A DNA stretch of 64,000 bases from Candidatus Anstonellaceae archaeon (GCA_038887295.1 JAWAKW010000001.1:11967-75966); one strand, 5' to 3'; shown: positions 18,264 to 28,391, counted from the stretch's first letter. Translations and numbers: made by a program. The notes: a model not told the origin generated them from the sequence alone.

Positions 18264-19871
18264 ATGCGGCTCAAAAGCAGAAGGTACGTCGTGGTTTTAG
18301 GCTCGCTTATGTCCGGGCTTGGGAAAGGCATCCTTACTGCTTCTATTGCAAAAATACTCCAATCAAAGGGGCTTAAGGTGTCACCCATCAAATTTGACGG
18401 GTATCTGAACGTGGATTGCGGCACCATGAACCCTTTCCGGCACGGCGAGGTATTTGTGCTGGACGATGGGACAGAGTGCGACATGGATTTTGGCACCTAT
18501 GAGCGCTTCTTGAACATCAGCCTTTCTGCAGCAAACAGCATCACAGGGGGGAAGTTGTTCAGGAATATAATTGAGAAAGAAAGGCGCGGTGGCTTTCTTG
18601 GAAAGGACGTACAAATTGTGCCGCATTTGACTGACGAGATAAAAAGTTGGGTGAGGAAAACCGGTGAAGAGCAGGATGCAGACGTAGTTATTATTGAGGT
18701 TGGAGGCACTGTAGGGGATTTGGAAAATGGCTACTTTTTGGAAGCCATGAGGCAACTTGCAGGTGAAGAAAAGGTGCTTTTTGTGCAGCTTACTTTTGTG
18801 CCTTCCTTGTCTGAAGGTGAGCAGAAAACTAAGCCTACGCAACATGCAAATCGTCTCATTCAGTCCATGGGAATCCATCCCAAGATAATTGTTTGCCGGG
18901 AAGATGAGCCGCTTGGGAGAGAAGCAAGAGAGAAAATTTCCATGTTTTGCAATGTACCGCAGAACAATGTATTTGACGACCCTGACCTTGAGACGATTTA
19001 TGAGCTTCCGTTAATTTTGGACAAGCAAAAGATGACCGACTTGCTACTTGCTGAGCTTGAAATTGATGAAAAAAAGGATGATATGAAAGAATGGAAGGCG
19101 CTTGTGGAGAGGATAAAGAATCCGAAATCGCAAATAACAGTAGCGATAACCGGAAAGTACACTGCAGTCAAAGACGCATACGTTTCGATCAAAGAGGCTC
19201 TGGTTCATGCGGGCGCTGCCAATTCTGCAAAAGTGAATGTAAAATGGGTGGAGACTTCTGAAATAGAAGAGGGCAAGACACGCCCTGAGGAAATTCTTGC
19301 AAACTGCGACGGAATAATTGTCCCTGGGGGTTACGGAAGCAGAGGTACTGAGGGGAAAATTTCATGCATAAAGTATGCAAGGGAGAACGGCCTGCCATTT
19401 CTCGGGCTTTGTTTTGGGTTGCAGATGGCAGTGATTGAGTGGGCAAGAAATGTTGCTGGACTGAAGGGGGCAAATAGTACGGAAATCGAAGAAAAAACAC
19501 CTCATCCCGTGATTGATTTTCTTCCTCAGCAGCGCGGAGTCAAAGAGAAGGGGGCAACGCAGAGGCTGGGAGCATGGCCTTGCAAGCTCAAAAAAGGGAC
19601 CAAGGCATATGCTGCATATGGGCAGGAGCTTATTTATGAGCGGCACCGGCACAGATACGAAGTAAACAACGAATACCGCCAAAGGCTGGAGGAGTCCGGC
19701 CTGATAATTTCTGGCACTTCGCCTGACGAAAGCATTGTGGAGATGGTGGAGTGGCCGAATGGGTTTGGCATTGGGACGCAGGCGCACCCTGAATTGAAAA
19801 GCCGGCTCGAGCAGCCTGCTCCGCTTTTTGTCGCCTTTGTGAAAGCTTGCATTGAAAAAAAGCAGCGCTAA
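18264..19871 (+). CDS. pyrG: CTP synthase
   Basis: SGLGKG, HGEVFV, KTKPTQH, GLCFGLQ, RHRHRYE, HPE. Confidence 0.98.
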   Translation: MRLKSRRYVVVLGSLMSGLGKGILTASIAKILQSKGLKVSPIKFDGYLNVDCGTMNPFRHGEVFVLDDGTECDMDFGTYERFLNISLSAANSITGGKLFRNIIEKERRGGFLGKDVQIVPHLTDEIKSWVRKTGEEQDADVVIIEVGGTVGDLENGYFLEAMRQLAGEEKVLFVQLTFVPSLSEGEQKTKPTQHANRLIQSMGIHPKIIVCREDEPLGREAREKISMFCNVPQNNVFDDPDLETIYELPLILDKQKMTDLLLAELEIDEKKDDMKEWKALVERIKNPKSQITVAITGKYTAVKDAYVSIKEALVHAGAANSAKVNVKWVETSEIEEGKTRPEEILANCDGIIVPGGYGSRGTEGKISCIKYARENGLPFLGLCFGLQMAVIEWARNVAGLKGANSTEIEEKTPHPVIDFLPQQRGVKEKGATQRLGAWPCKLKKGTKAYAAYGQELIYERHRHRYEVNNEYRQRLEESGLIISGTSPDESIVEMVEWPNGFGIGTQAHPELKSRLEQPAPLFVAFVKACIEKKQR

Positions 19872-20687
19872 CTACTCCCACTTAAGCTCAAACGGCGCCT
19901 GCACAAGGCGGACTGAAAAATTCTCTGAAAAAATAAGAAGAGTAATGCGCTTTTCTACGTCTATGTGATAAAGGATTGGCGGGTTTTCTTCAATTTCTAT
20001 TTTGATTATGAAGGCTCGCCTTCCGGCAGTTGAATTTGCCATCACGGCATTAAATTTTACTGGCACCTCAGTCCTTATGCTTCCTGAGGAAATTACAAGT
20101 GCAGTTTTCCAGCTGAAGCTTTCCGATGCTGCAAGCATCCATGGTGAAAAAAAGAAAATGCCTCCGTCATTCAAGCTTTCCTGCGAGTCTACAAAGGTGC
20201 CGTTTGGGAGAATGCAAAAGCTTGAGCTTGACTGCTGGCTAACCTCTTGAACCACCACGCCCTGGCATGAGCTTTGCTTGGAAACATGGTAGGCTATTGT
20301 AGTTTTTTGCATGCCATCAGAAATTTCATAGACGTATTGTTCCCCAGGGTAGAGACTGAGGTTGGCATTTGGCAAAAGCGGCTCCTGGACAAAATCAAAT
20401 TTGAGGGGAGGGGAAGTAAGGAAGATGAACAAGATAAACAAAAGAAAAAGCAAGACTGAAAGATAAAACACAACAGATGTCTGCTTGTCAAGAAAGGGCA
20501 AACTGGGAATGCGCCCGTAAGCGCTGCGCACTTTTTCCACTAGCCCATGGGAGGCTGGGGCGCTTTTTGCTTTTGAGCGATAATCGCTTGAGATTTGCTG
20601 CCATTCCTTAGAGGTGGCAGAACGCCACATTAAATAGACAAGGACTGCAAGCACCAGCCAAGAGCCAGCAATAATTGCATCTTCCAC
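19872..20687 (-). CDS. Hypothetical membrane-anchored protein
   Basis: Two hydrophobic segments then a beta-rich domain with N-x-S/T sequons. Confidence 0.75.
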   Translation of the reverse strand: MEDAIIAGSWLVLAVLVYLMWRSATSKEWQQISSDYRSKAKSAPASHGLVEKVRSAYGRIPSLPFLDKQTSVVFYLSVLLFLLFILFIFLTSPPLKFDFVQEPLLPNANLSLYPGEQYVYEISDGMQKTTIAYHVSKQSSCQGVVVQEVSQQSSSSFCILPNGTFVDSQESLNDGGIFFFSPWMLAASESFSWKTALVISSGSIRTEVPVKFNAVMANSTAGRRAFIIKIEIEENPPILYHIDVEKRITLLIFSENFSVRLVQAPFELKWE

Positions 20688-20738
20688 CTGCCTATAAAGC
20701 AGTTGAAAGATTAAATAACCTCCTGATAAAAGCTTTTC

Positions 20739-21722
20739 ATGAAATTTTCAGAATATGCTCCTTGCAAGCTCATACTTTTTGGCGAGCATTATGTAGTTTA
20801 TGGGGCGCCTGCGCTGTCCATCCCTATTGAACCAAAAAACCGGGTGGAATTTGCTACGCAAAAGAAAGAGGGCATAGCGCTGGAATCCAAGCTGGGGAGA
20901 GGTTGGATAAGCACAGATGGGCGATATAGCGGTGCGCCTGCTTTATCGCTTTATGCTGAGGTGGCAAGAGCAGTTTGCCCAAAGGGGGATTTTCCGTCCT
21001 GCACCGCGAAATTTCTGCCTGCAACAGAGCTGAAAGGAGTTGGAATCAGCTCTTCGCTTTGTGCTGCATTTGCAAAGGGGCTTTTTGCCCTAAAAAAAGA
21101 GAAGACAAGCAAAAGGAGGCTTTTTGAGGCAGTGCAGGCAGGCGACAATGTTGCACATCAGGGCAGAGCCTCTGGGATAGATGCAAAAACGGTAGTGGAG
21201 GCAGCCCCGCTTCTTTTCCGCAAGGACGCAAGCGGGAAGCTAATCTGTAGGAAGGCCGGCTTTAGGCTGCCCAGTTCTGCTGCCTTCATTTTGATAGACA
21301 CTTTTGAAGGGAAAAGAAGCAGCACGGCGGAGATGATAACGCGGTTTGCTTCATCTTTTGGAATTTCAAAACCTCCGCAGATGCTGACAGATACGGAGAG
21401 ATCCGAAATTCTTGGAGAGTATTTGGCGCTTTGGAAAAAGGCAAGGCTGGCACTTGCAAAAGGCGATGCAGACCGGATAGGAAAGCTTATGGTTCAAAAT
21501 CAAGCCTTACTTGAAAAAAGTGGGGTGAGTTCTGATGGAATTCAAAGGGCGGTTTCTGCTGCACTTAAAGCAGGAGCATTGGGTGCAAAATTAAGCGGAG
21601 CGGGTGGTGAAGGGGGAGTAGTGGTGGCGCTTGTCAAAAAGGCAAAAAAGGCAAAAATTGCCCAGCAAATAACCCGGACGACCGGCTTTAGATGCTTTGC
21701 CGCAAAACCTTTTTCTGGATAA
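20739..21722 (+). CDS. mvk: Mevalonate kinase (GHMP family)
   Basis: PCKLILFGEHYVVYG, GVGISSS, ASGID, GAKLSGAGGEG. Confidence 0.9.
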   Translation: MKFSEYAPCKLILFGEHYVVYGAPALSIPIEPKNRVEFATQKKEGIALESKLGRGWISTDGRYSGAPALSLYAEVARAVCPKGDFPSCTAKFLPATELKGVGISSSLCAAFAKGLFALKKEKTSKRRLFEAVQAGDNVAHQGRASGIDAKTVVEAAPLLFRKDASGKLICRKAGFRLPSSAAFILIDTFEGKRSSTAEMITRFASSFGISKPPQMLTDTERSEILGEYLALWKKARLALAKGDADRIGKLMVQNQALLEKSGVSSDGIQRAVSAALKAGALGAKLSGAGGEGGVVVALVKKAKKAKIAQQITRTTGFRCFAAKPFSG

Positions 21723-21749
21723 AGAGTAGAAAGTAATATTAGGGTATGT

Positions 21750-23243
21750 GTGTATAAAAGAGAGTATATATGGAAAGTATATAAAGGGAGGCCTTCACGG
21801 GTGATTTTTCTGCAAAAAGCTGCAGCCAATCCAGAGATTGTAGTTCGCCATATGGTAGAAGCGGTTCGCTTGCCTAAAATGGAATGGAAAGCCAACAAAA
21901 TTGCTCCTTTGCTTGACCAGCAATGGTATGAGGGAGTATTCAAAAAGACCCTCAATGTGCGTTATACTCCGCTTTTGCTTGGACTAATAAAGCTTTTCAA
22001 CCACCCTATAAATAACTTTATCTTGCCTTACCAGAAGATAAAAAGTGCAGACGTGGAATTACTTGACAGAACCATTAACATGCTGCTTTTGAGCTATCAG
22101 GGCAAAAAAAGGAAAAGTGGAAACGATGCGGTAAACCATCCTCTGCTTTGTACCTTGCTTGCTTCTGCAATTGGCTTGCCTCAGCATGCGATCAGGAAAT
22201 GCGCAAGGCACGACATTGCGGAGGACGTAGATAGCTCAGATGGGATAACTTACACATATTTTGATGCACGGTCTGGGGCGACTGTAAAAACCAAGAATCC
22301 AGAGGAAATCTTTGCTCATGTTCAGCAGCTGGAAGGGAAGGATGCTGAAAAGCATCTTCGGTTGATGACACGCTTGCCACAGCAGAGAAATTTTGAGGAT
22401 GAGTTTGCACTCAAATGGGGCTATGCAAGGTACTTGGTCCCAATCTATACAGATATTTGGGCTGCATTTGCAAAAGGGATTGATGCTGTTGCCAACCTTT
22501 GGGAAATAGAGCCTATTGAAGATAAAGAACTGAAAGAAAAGCTTGCAGGAAAGAGCAGAATAAAAGTTTCCCTTCAGATTCCGAGGTGGCAAAAAATATC
22601 ATGGCTGATGGCAGAGATAATGACTATTGAGCTTGGGTATCATTTCCCTGAAGAAGCATTTAGGATGAGGCTTCAGAAGAAGATAGAGGTGGAGAAGTTT
22701 AGGCAGGGGTATGCGTGGGTTGGGATGGAAAGAGTATTTTCTTTGCCTGTTCTGAAAAAAACCGGGTTGGCAGGCAGTCCAATAATAGCAATTTATGGGG
22801 GCCGCCAGCACTTTGAAGCAGAATTCCCATACCTCGATCCACTGCTTTCAGCAACTATATTGCAGGAAGTGTTAGGCAAAAAAGTATCCAATATTCAGCT
22901 TTCTGAAAGTTTGCTCCCATATAACCTTAGAAATGCTACGATACTTTCATTTGAAACCGATGAAAAGGTTTTGAAAGCAAGACTGGTTCATCTGGTTGAG
23001 GCATATGATGTTTTGATTAGGGAGAATGTCTTTGCCGGCTTTGACAGAAGAGGTATTGCAGATGCGGCAGAAGCAGAGATTAGCCTAGGAGTGAAAGATA
23101 CTCCTCCTCAAGGAAATGAAGGCGGCCTGGAATTGCCAAAATACAGGGAAGTTGCGATGAGGAAAGCTTGGTCAACTCAGTCAAAGCAAGATAGGAGACG
23201 CGGCTTTGACTCCATCCCACCCCTTCAAGCAGAACTACTTTAG
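21750..23243 (+). CDS. Hypothetical protein with a RelA/SpoT-hydrolase-like HD domain
   Basis: YQGKKRKSG...NHPL...HDIAED...K..DAVANL. Confidence 0.65.
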   Translation: MYKREYIWKVYKGRPSRVIFLQKAAANPEIVVRHMVEAVRLPKMEWKANKIAPLLDQQWYEGVFKKTLNVRYTPLLLGLIKLFNHPINNFILPYQKIKSADVELLDRTINMLLLSYQGKKRKSGNDAVNHPLLCTLLASAIGLPQHAIRKCARHDIAEDVDSSDGITYTYFDARSGATVKTKNPEEIFAHVQQLEGKDAEKHLRLMTRLPQQRNFEDEFALKWGYARYLVPIYTDIWAAFAKGIDAVANLWEIEPIEDKELKEKLAGKSRIKVSLQIPRWQKISWLMAEIMTIELGYHFPEEAFRMRLQKKIEVEKFRQGYAWVGMERVFSLPVLKKTGLAGSPIIAIYGGRQHFEAEFPYLDPLLSATILQEVLGKKVSNIQLSESLLPYNLRNATILSFETDEKVLKARLVHLVEAYDVLIRENVFAGFDRRGIADAAEAEISLGVKDTPPQGNEGGLELPKYREVAMRKAWSTQSKQDRRRGFDSIPPLQAELL

Positions 23244-23841
23244 TTGAGCCTGAAAGGATTTTTGCTTTTCCTTTCTTTTCCATTTCGAGAAGGATTTCCG
23301 CTGCCTCGGATGGTTTCATTGGGCCTAATTTTTCATCTATATCCAAAAAAAGCAAGGTGTGCAGCCCGCGCTTGAGATTTTCTCTGATTGCTTCATATGC
23401 TGCCATAGGCTTGTAATTTTCCCTCCAAAAGGTAAGGGTTGCCGGCTTGCCGAACTTGTAAACCTGAAGCCCAGATTCTCCGATTGCGCAGGAAAGAATG
23501 GAAGAAGCATGCACTACTTTGGTGGAAATGCCTGCTTTTTTTGCTGAAATAAGAAGTGAAATGTGTGTGGTTGCAATCAGAGGGTCCCCAGGTACTATGA
23601 GCGCTACTTTGCCTTCTGCCGCCGCGCGCAATATCTCCTTTTCGCTTTCCACCTCTTCCCTTTTGAGGAGCTGGACTTTCTTTCTGACCGTTTTTTCCAG
23701 CCTGCCTAAAGTTCCTGGAGGAAGCAGGCTTGTATAGCTTTCTGCAAAAATTGCATCGCAAGATGAAAGTTCTTCCAATCCTGCAACAGATATCCCCTTT
23801 TCGTCTGATATGCCCAAGCCCACCAAAACAAGCATTCCCAT
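23080..23841 (-). CDS. dph5: Diphthine synthase
   Basis: MLVLVGLG, ESYTS, GDPLIATTH, GLQVYKFG, GLHTLLFLD, PGRLHFLEEE. Confidence 0.96.
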   Translation of the reverse strand: MGMLVLVGLGISDEKGISVAGLEELSSCDAIFAESYTSLLPPGTLGRLEKTVRKKVQLLKREEVESEKEILRAAAEGKVALIVPGDPLIATTHISLLISAKKAGISTKVVHASSILSCAIGESGLQVYKFGKPATLTFWRENYKPMAAYEAIRENLKRGLHTLLFLDIDEKLGPMKPSEAAEILLEMEKKGKAKILSGSTKVVLLEGVGWSQSRVSYLALTELTKLSSSQLPCILAIPGRLHFLEEEYLSLLG

Positions 23842-23889
23842 GAAAAAATAATGGGCAGCTTTCTTATAAATAGGATTCCCAATAATTGC

Positions 23890-25056
23890 GTGGCAAGGCT
23901 TTGTGAGAGGTGCAAAAAGGTAAGGCGGGTTTGGTGCCCTCATGATTTTGCAGAAAGGATAAAGGCAGCCCTTGCAGGAAAAATAAAGCAGGAGATGTTT
24001 GGCCCTTCACCCCCAAACATTCTTGTTGGACATTCGCACTATCCGAATGTTTATTGGGGCCCACTGGTTTTTGCAGATAGTTCTTCTTTGCTCAAAGATG
24101 ACCCAAAGGAAATGTACGGTATGAGTCTTGAGCAGATATTGAGGGTGCGAAGCGGCATGGTTCGCGGGATAAAAAGGGGGGATGTGAAGGCTTCTGGAAG
24201 AATGCTTCAGGAGGCGCAGGAAGCTATAATGAGCATAATCGCGGTTGATGTAGAGGCAAGGTTCTCAAAGGTACCCTCCTTCAGCCTTGAATTAGACGAG
24301 GTGCTTCACCCTGTTGGGGCTTCTGCGCCGATTGAAAAATTCAGGATTGCGGAAAACCCCGAAATCCCAAGGAAAGTGGATGAGGTAATAGAGGAGAAAA
24401 TGAAGGCTGAGGAAGCGTTGGTGGAGCTTTTGCTTGCAGGCTTTGATGTGCATTATCTTTCCAAGCTGCTTTCGGCAGGCATTTTGGGGCAGGAAGGAAA
24501 AAAGAAGATGGTCCCCACCAAATGGGCGATAACTGCTGCTGATGACATTGCAGCAAAAAGGTTCATAAGCTCTGTGAGGGATTGCCCCATAATTGAGGAG
24601 ATATGCGTCTTTTCAAATACCTATCTTGACAATCATTTTGAAATCCTGCTTCTGCCAGGTAGATGGGAATATGAGCAGTTTGAAGTACACCTTGAAAATC
24701 CGGAAAAAATTGCTTGGGAGCACGAGCCTTTTTGGGGAAGGAAAAGCTACGCTGAAAGCGAAGGTGGAGGGTATTATGCTGCAAGGTTTGCGGTTGCAGA
24801 GGCGCTCTACAAGCTTAGGCTTCAGGCACAAGTGGTGGTGTTCCGTGAAATTGGGAAGGAGTACAGCGTGCCTGTAGGGGTGTGGGAGGTGCGCGAAAAT
24901 GTACGCGCTGCCTTAAGGAAACCTCCGAAAAAATTCGAAAGCGTCCCTGATGCTTTGCAGCATTTGGCATCTGCCCTTAAAGTGCCAATCTCCAAATACC
25001 TCAAAAAAAGCCTCGTAATTGGGCAGACTCGGTTGAGCAAGTGGGTTGGGTTTTAA
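23890..25056 (+). CDS. nreA: Nre DNA repair protein with C-terminal PIP box
   Basis: N-terminal CxxC, SPP..VG...YP, VPTKWAITA.DD, GGYYAAR, YSVPVGVWEVRE.VR, QTRLSKW; probable GTG start 23890. Confidence 0.9.
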   Translation: MARLCERCKKVRRVWCPHDFAERIKAALAGKIKQEMFGPSPPNILVGHSHYPNVYWGPLVFADSSSLLKDDPKEMYGMSLEQILRVRSGMVRGIKRGDVKASGRMLQEAQEAIMSIIAVDVEARFSKVPSFSLELDEVLHPVGASAPIEKFRIAENPEIPRKVDEVIEEKMKAEEALVELLLAGFDVHYLSKLLSAGILGQEGKKKMVPTKWAITAADDIAAKRFISSVRDCPIIEEICVFSNTYLDNHFEILLLPGRWEYEQFEVHLENPEKIAWEHEPFWGRKSYAESEGGGYYAARFAVAEALYKLRLQAQVVVFREIGKEYSVPVGVWEVRENVRAALRKPPKKFESVPDALQHLASALKVPISKYLKKSLVIGQTRLSKWVGF

Positions 25057-25078
25057 GCATTTGCCAAAAAAAATATGC

Positions 25079-25294
25079 ATGCATCAGCTGATAAAGGAGA
25101 TCCTTCAAACTGTCAAAAGTGCAGCAGGGCAGCGCAAGGTGATCTTTTTGCGCCTTGCTGTTGGAAGCAAAATAAGCCTTCCTAAAGTGGTACTTGCCTC
25201 TCATTTGCACAAGGAGCTCCCATGGGCGACTATACAGATTGAAAAGTGCAGAAAGCAGGATTGCGTAATTGTAAGGGAAATCGAAGTTGAATGA
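25079..25294 (+). CDS. Mini HypA-like protein lacking the Zn-finger domain
   Basis: MHQLIKEIL...KVIFLRLAVG...IQIE...VREIEVE. Confidence 0.6.
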   Translation: MHQLIKEILQTVKSAAGQRKVIFLRLAVGSKISLPKVVLASHLHKELPWATIQIEKCRKQDCVIVREIEVE

Positions 25295-25328
25295 AACTTA
25301 TTTAATGATTTGATTTCTATTAAAAAAC

Positions 25329-25967
25329 ATGATAATTGGCGTAGATGAGGCTGGAAGGGGCTGCATAATTGGCCCGATGGTCATCTGCGCTGCTGCAATT
25401 AGACCTATAGATGAGTACAAGCTCAAAGACCTCAAAGTGAGGGACAGCAAAAAGCTTACCCCAAGCCAGCGCCACCGGCTTTATGGGAAAGTGGCAAAGC
25501 TTTGCAGGTATACTACCATCAAAATCAGCGCGCAGGAGATAAACCAGCTTATGGAGAAGCATACCTTAAATGAAATTGAGGCGATGAAAATAGCGCAGGC
25601 GATAGACCACCTTTCCATCCAAAACGCAACCGTGTATGTGGATTCGCCTGACAACGTCCCTTCCAAATTTGCAAAGAGAATCCAAAAATATCTCAAAACC
25701 CCGGTAAAAATAATTGCCGCAAACAAGGCAGATGACACCTATGTGATTGTTGCGGCTGCATCCATACTTGCCAAAGTTACACGAGACCGCGAGATTGAAA
25801 AGATAAAGGAAGAGGTCGGGGTGGACTTCAACTCTGGTTACACCTCAGACCCAAAAACCCAGGAAGTGGTTGCAAACCGCCAGCAATATCCTGCGCTTGA
25901 AAAATACCTGAGGAAAAAGTGGGCAACTTTGAGGCAAGAGGGGCAAAGGAAGCTTTTGGACTTCTGA
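25329..25967 (+). CDS. rnhB: Ribonuclease HII
   Basis: GVDEAGRG, DSKKL, KAD..Y..VAAASILAK, SGYTSDP; PIP box QRKLLDF. Confidence 0.97.
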   Translation: MIIGVDEAGRGCIIGPMVICAAAIRPIDEYKLKDLKVRDSKKLTPSQRHRLYGKVAKLCRYTTIKISAQEINQLMEKHTLNEIEAMKIAQAIDHLSIQNATVYVDSPDNVPSKFAKRIQKYLKTPVKIIAANKADDTYVIVAAASILAKVTRDREIEKIKEEVGVDFNSGYTSDPKTQEVVANRQQYPALEKYLRKKWATLRQEGQRKLLDF

Positions 25968-25969
25968 GG

Positions 25970-26143
25970 CTATTGCCTTATCACCACAAGCGGGATTACG
26001 CCTGCCTCAAGCTCGGCTTTTGCAACTTCTATGGAAGTCTGGCCTGGCTTTACTTCCACAAGAGGAGGAGCCCCGAAAGAAAGCTGGGTTGCCCTTGCGC
26101 CCAGAATTCTGGCAAGCTCGAATTTTGAAAGTGAAGCAACCAT
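25970..26143 (-). CDS. rpoK: DNA-directed RNA polymerase subunit K/Rpo6 (not in ORF track, 57 aa)
   Basis: MVASLSKFELARILGARATQLSFGAPPLVEVKPGQTSIEVAKAELEAGVIPLVVIRQ; GGTGG RBS. Confidence 0.95.
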   Translation of the reverse strand: MVASLSKFELARILGARATQLSFGAPPLVEVKPGQTSIEVAKAELEAGVIPLVVIRQ

Positions 26144-26164
26144 AAAACCACCAAAGCACCTTAT

Positions 26165-26794
26165 CTATTCTGCAAAATCTTCATAAACCTTGTCATTGAA
26201 CGCGTAAAGCGGCTTGCCAGGCATGGCTGAGAACGCCTCCTTTTCTGATCTGAACTCCTTCAGCTCCTTTTCAGAATGGCTTGCAAGGAATGACTTCCCA
26301 TCAAATTCAAACACAACAAAAGAAGAGCGGTCATCCGTGACGACCACTTTTGCCTTTTCGCAACCGAGGCTGCGCAAAATTGAGCAAAGTAGGATTGATT
26401 TGTCTATTTCATCCCCTGCAAGAAGGGAATGCATTTCTTGGAAGGAAAGCCAAAATGAGACAGGAGGAGAGATGGTTTGGAAAGAGCGCACATAGGAAAA
26501 TGCCATCTGCGCAGCCTCAAGGAAGTGCTCTGAAAAGATGTAGGGGTGGAAATTGGAGGTGATGGTTTCTTTTATCTCCTCAATTTTTTTGTCATAAGGT
26601 GCAACCATAGTCTTAAGCTCAGAGACAGTCTTTGTTTCATATGATTCTATTTGCTCGCGGTAGCGGTCTATTATGATTTTGTAAAGCTTCAGTTTAAGCT
26701 GCTGGTCCTCCTGCGCTGTGGGCGGCTCAGGCTGGCTGGTGTGAACCTCGTCCTTTGGTTTTTTCATAAAAGGCAGGTCTAGAATCGGTGCCAT
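26165..26794 (-). CDS. Transglutaminase-like protein, probably inactive
   Basis: W.S..E......GDEIDKSILLCSILRSLG resembles GDCED.AILL.SLLR.LG with the catalytic Cys replaced by Glu. Confidence 0.6.
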   Translation of the reverse strand: MAPILDLPFMKKPKDEVHTSQPEPPTAQEDQQLKLKLYKIIIDRYREQIESYETKTVSELKTMVAPYDKKIEEIKETITSNFHPYIFSEHFLEAAQMAFSYVRSFQTISPPVSFWLSFQEMHSLLAGDEIDKSILLCSILRSLGCEKAKVVVTDDRSSFVVFEFDGKSFLASHSEKELKEFRSEKEAFSAMPGKPLYAFNDKVYEDFAE

Positions 26795-26849
26795 GATAGG
26801 ATTTGAGGGGCGCCGTATTAAATATTTGTGGTTGGTGGTGGAGTGTGAA

Positions 26850-28391
26850 TCACACATAATCAGAGCAGGATGGCTGCCAACCCCCACAGATGAATTGCCC
26901 ACTTTTTTTGTTGTTAGTGTAGTCAATTTCGTATTGAGCTTTATTGTAGTTTGCTTCCACTTCTACACTAACGATGCTTTCTTGGTTGCAGCTGCAATAT
27001 ACTTGCTGAATTTCAGTCTCGCCTACATTAAGAGGCCGAAGTGAAAGTGCGGATTGCGTGCAATTTTGAACTGCAGTATAAGTTACATTGGTTGCATTGC
27101 GGTTGCCTATATTGGTTATATAGATTTCAAGCATGGTTTGCCCTCTGTGCGGAACGAGAGATGGATTAAATACCAACTTGGTGACGTTGTAGTCCGGCCC
27201 GATTGGCTGGCCTGGCCCAACCAACACAGTAAGTGCTTCTATTTCAGTTAGGTTGCACTGCGGCCGAGCCCCAGAACAGTCCTGTGTGGTAGGCTGGTAA
27301 GTGATGTTGAGCTTAATTTGCTTTTGCCCTTCAGAAGGAGGCACCTTTATTTTTGCAGAAAATTCCCTTTTTGAAAGCGGTGCAAGATTTACCGAAATGG
27401 GAGAAAATTGGGAAACCTGCGCAAAACCCTGCGCAATTGAGGATGAAGCCAGTGAAATGTTCAATATCCGTATTTCCTTTGAAAGGTTGTTGGTTATGTT
27501 AAGGTAAAACATCACTTCTGAGTTTGCTGCTGGATTGGTTTCATTTAGTGCAGCCTCAAGCGGAAGCTTGGAGCATGAGAATGGATTTTCGATTTGGACT
27601 GTAATTTCGTTGCTTTCGAAGGTGCGTGGCATCCCGGCACAGCGGCCGTAGAACCAAACTGCGTCAGGAGAATTTTGGCAATAATTTGGGCGGGATGCAT
27701 ATGTATATGTTCTGCCAGTTGCAACGCAACCTTCCACTATGAAATAAGCTTTAAACTTGAGATTTTGGAGGCCTGAAGGCATCGGCAGAGAGAAATTGGC
27801 TTGACCAAAAGTGGTGGCAGAAGGGAGAGAATATTCTTTTTCTTCCATATAAGAATATCCAGGAGTAGTGGAAACTAGGCGCAGCTTGCCTTTGCAATAT
27901 ATGCCGATATCTGAGTTGAATGTGCCATCAAAAATCCCACCACCTGGCTTCAAGTACCGCGAGCCCGCAGATGAAGGGCTGTAAGGGATGCTATTTGTAG
28001 TAATGAAATTAGAAAACGCTTCAAAATTTGCGGCATAAGTGTTACTGCCTTTTTCGTAATCAATCAATGAAAACTTTTGGCTATTTAGCCAATGGATAGG
28101 ACTGTTTGAAGGGACTTTTGAATTTGATTGCAAACAGTCAGAACCTGTTACGTGGCTGACTAACACTGAGCCAAGAAAATCCCACGAATGTGAAGGCCTT
28201 ACAGTTATGTTTGCTGGGGAGCCTGCACAGACTGCATTTGCTGGGCCTTGCACTGCTATTGATGTAGATATTGATGCATTTATCTCTGAGCCGTTTTTCG
28301 GATCATGCACTGGATTGTAGACAAATCTACAGCTGAAGCTGAAAAGAAAGGAGAACAGGAGCGCTAAAGCAAAGACTGTCTTAAAGTTCAT
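26850..28391 (-). CDS. Secreted/surface glycoprotein with Ig-like (CARDB-type) domains
   Basis: N-terminal signal peptide; many N-x-S/T; PDYNVTKL...ITNIG...LNVGET...EIDYTNN. Confidence 0.8.
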   Translation of the reverse strand: MNFKTVFALALLFSFLFSFSCRFVYNPVHDPKNGSEINASISTSIAVQGPANAVCAGSPANITVRPSHSWDFLGSVLVSHVTGSDCLQSNSKVPSNSPIHWLNSQKFSLIDYEKGSNTYAANFEAFSNFITTNSIPYSPSSAGSRYLKPGGGIFDGTFNSDIGIYCKGKLRLVSTTPGYSYMEEKEYSLPSATTFGQANFSLPMPSGLQNLKFKAYFIVEGCVATGRTYTYASRPNYCQNSPDAVWFYGRCAGMPRTFESNEITVQIENPFSCSKLPLEAALNETNPAANSEVMFYLNITNNLSKEIRILNISLASSSIAQGFAQVSQFSPISVNLAPLSKREFSAKIKVPPSEGQKQIKLNITYQPTTQDCSGARPQCNLTEIEALTVLVGPGQPIGPDYNVTKLVFNPSLVPHRGQTMLEIYITNIGNRNATNVTYTAVQNCTQSALSLRPLNVGETEIQQVYCSCNQESIVSVEVEANYNKAQYEIDYTNNKKSGQFICGGWQPSCSDYV

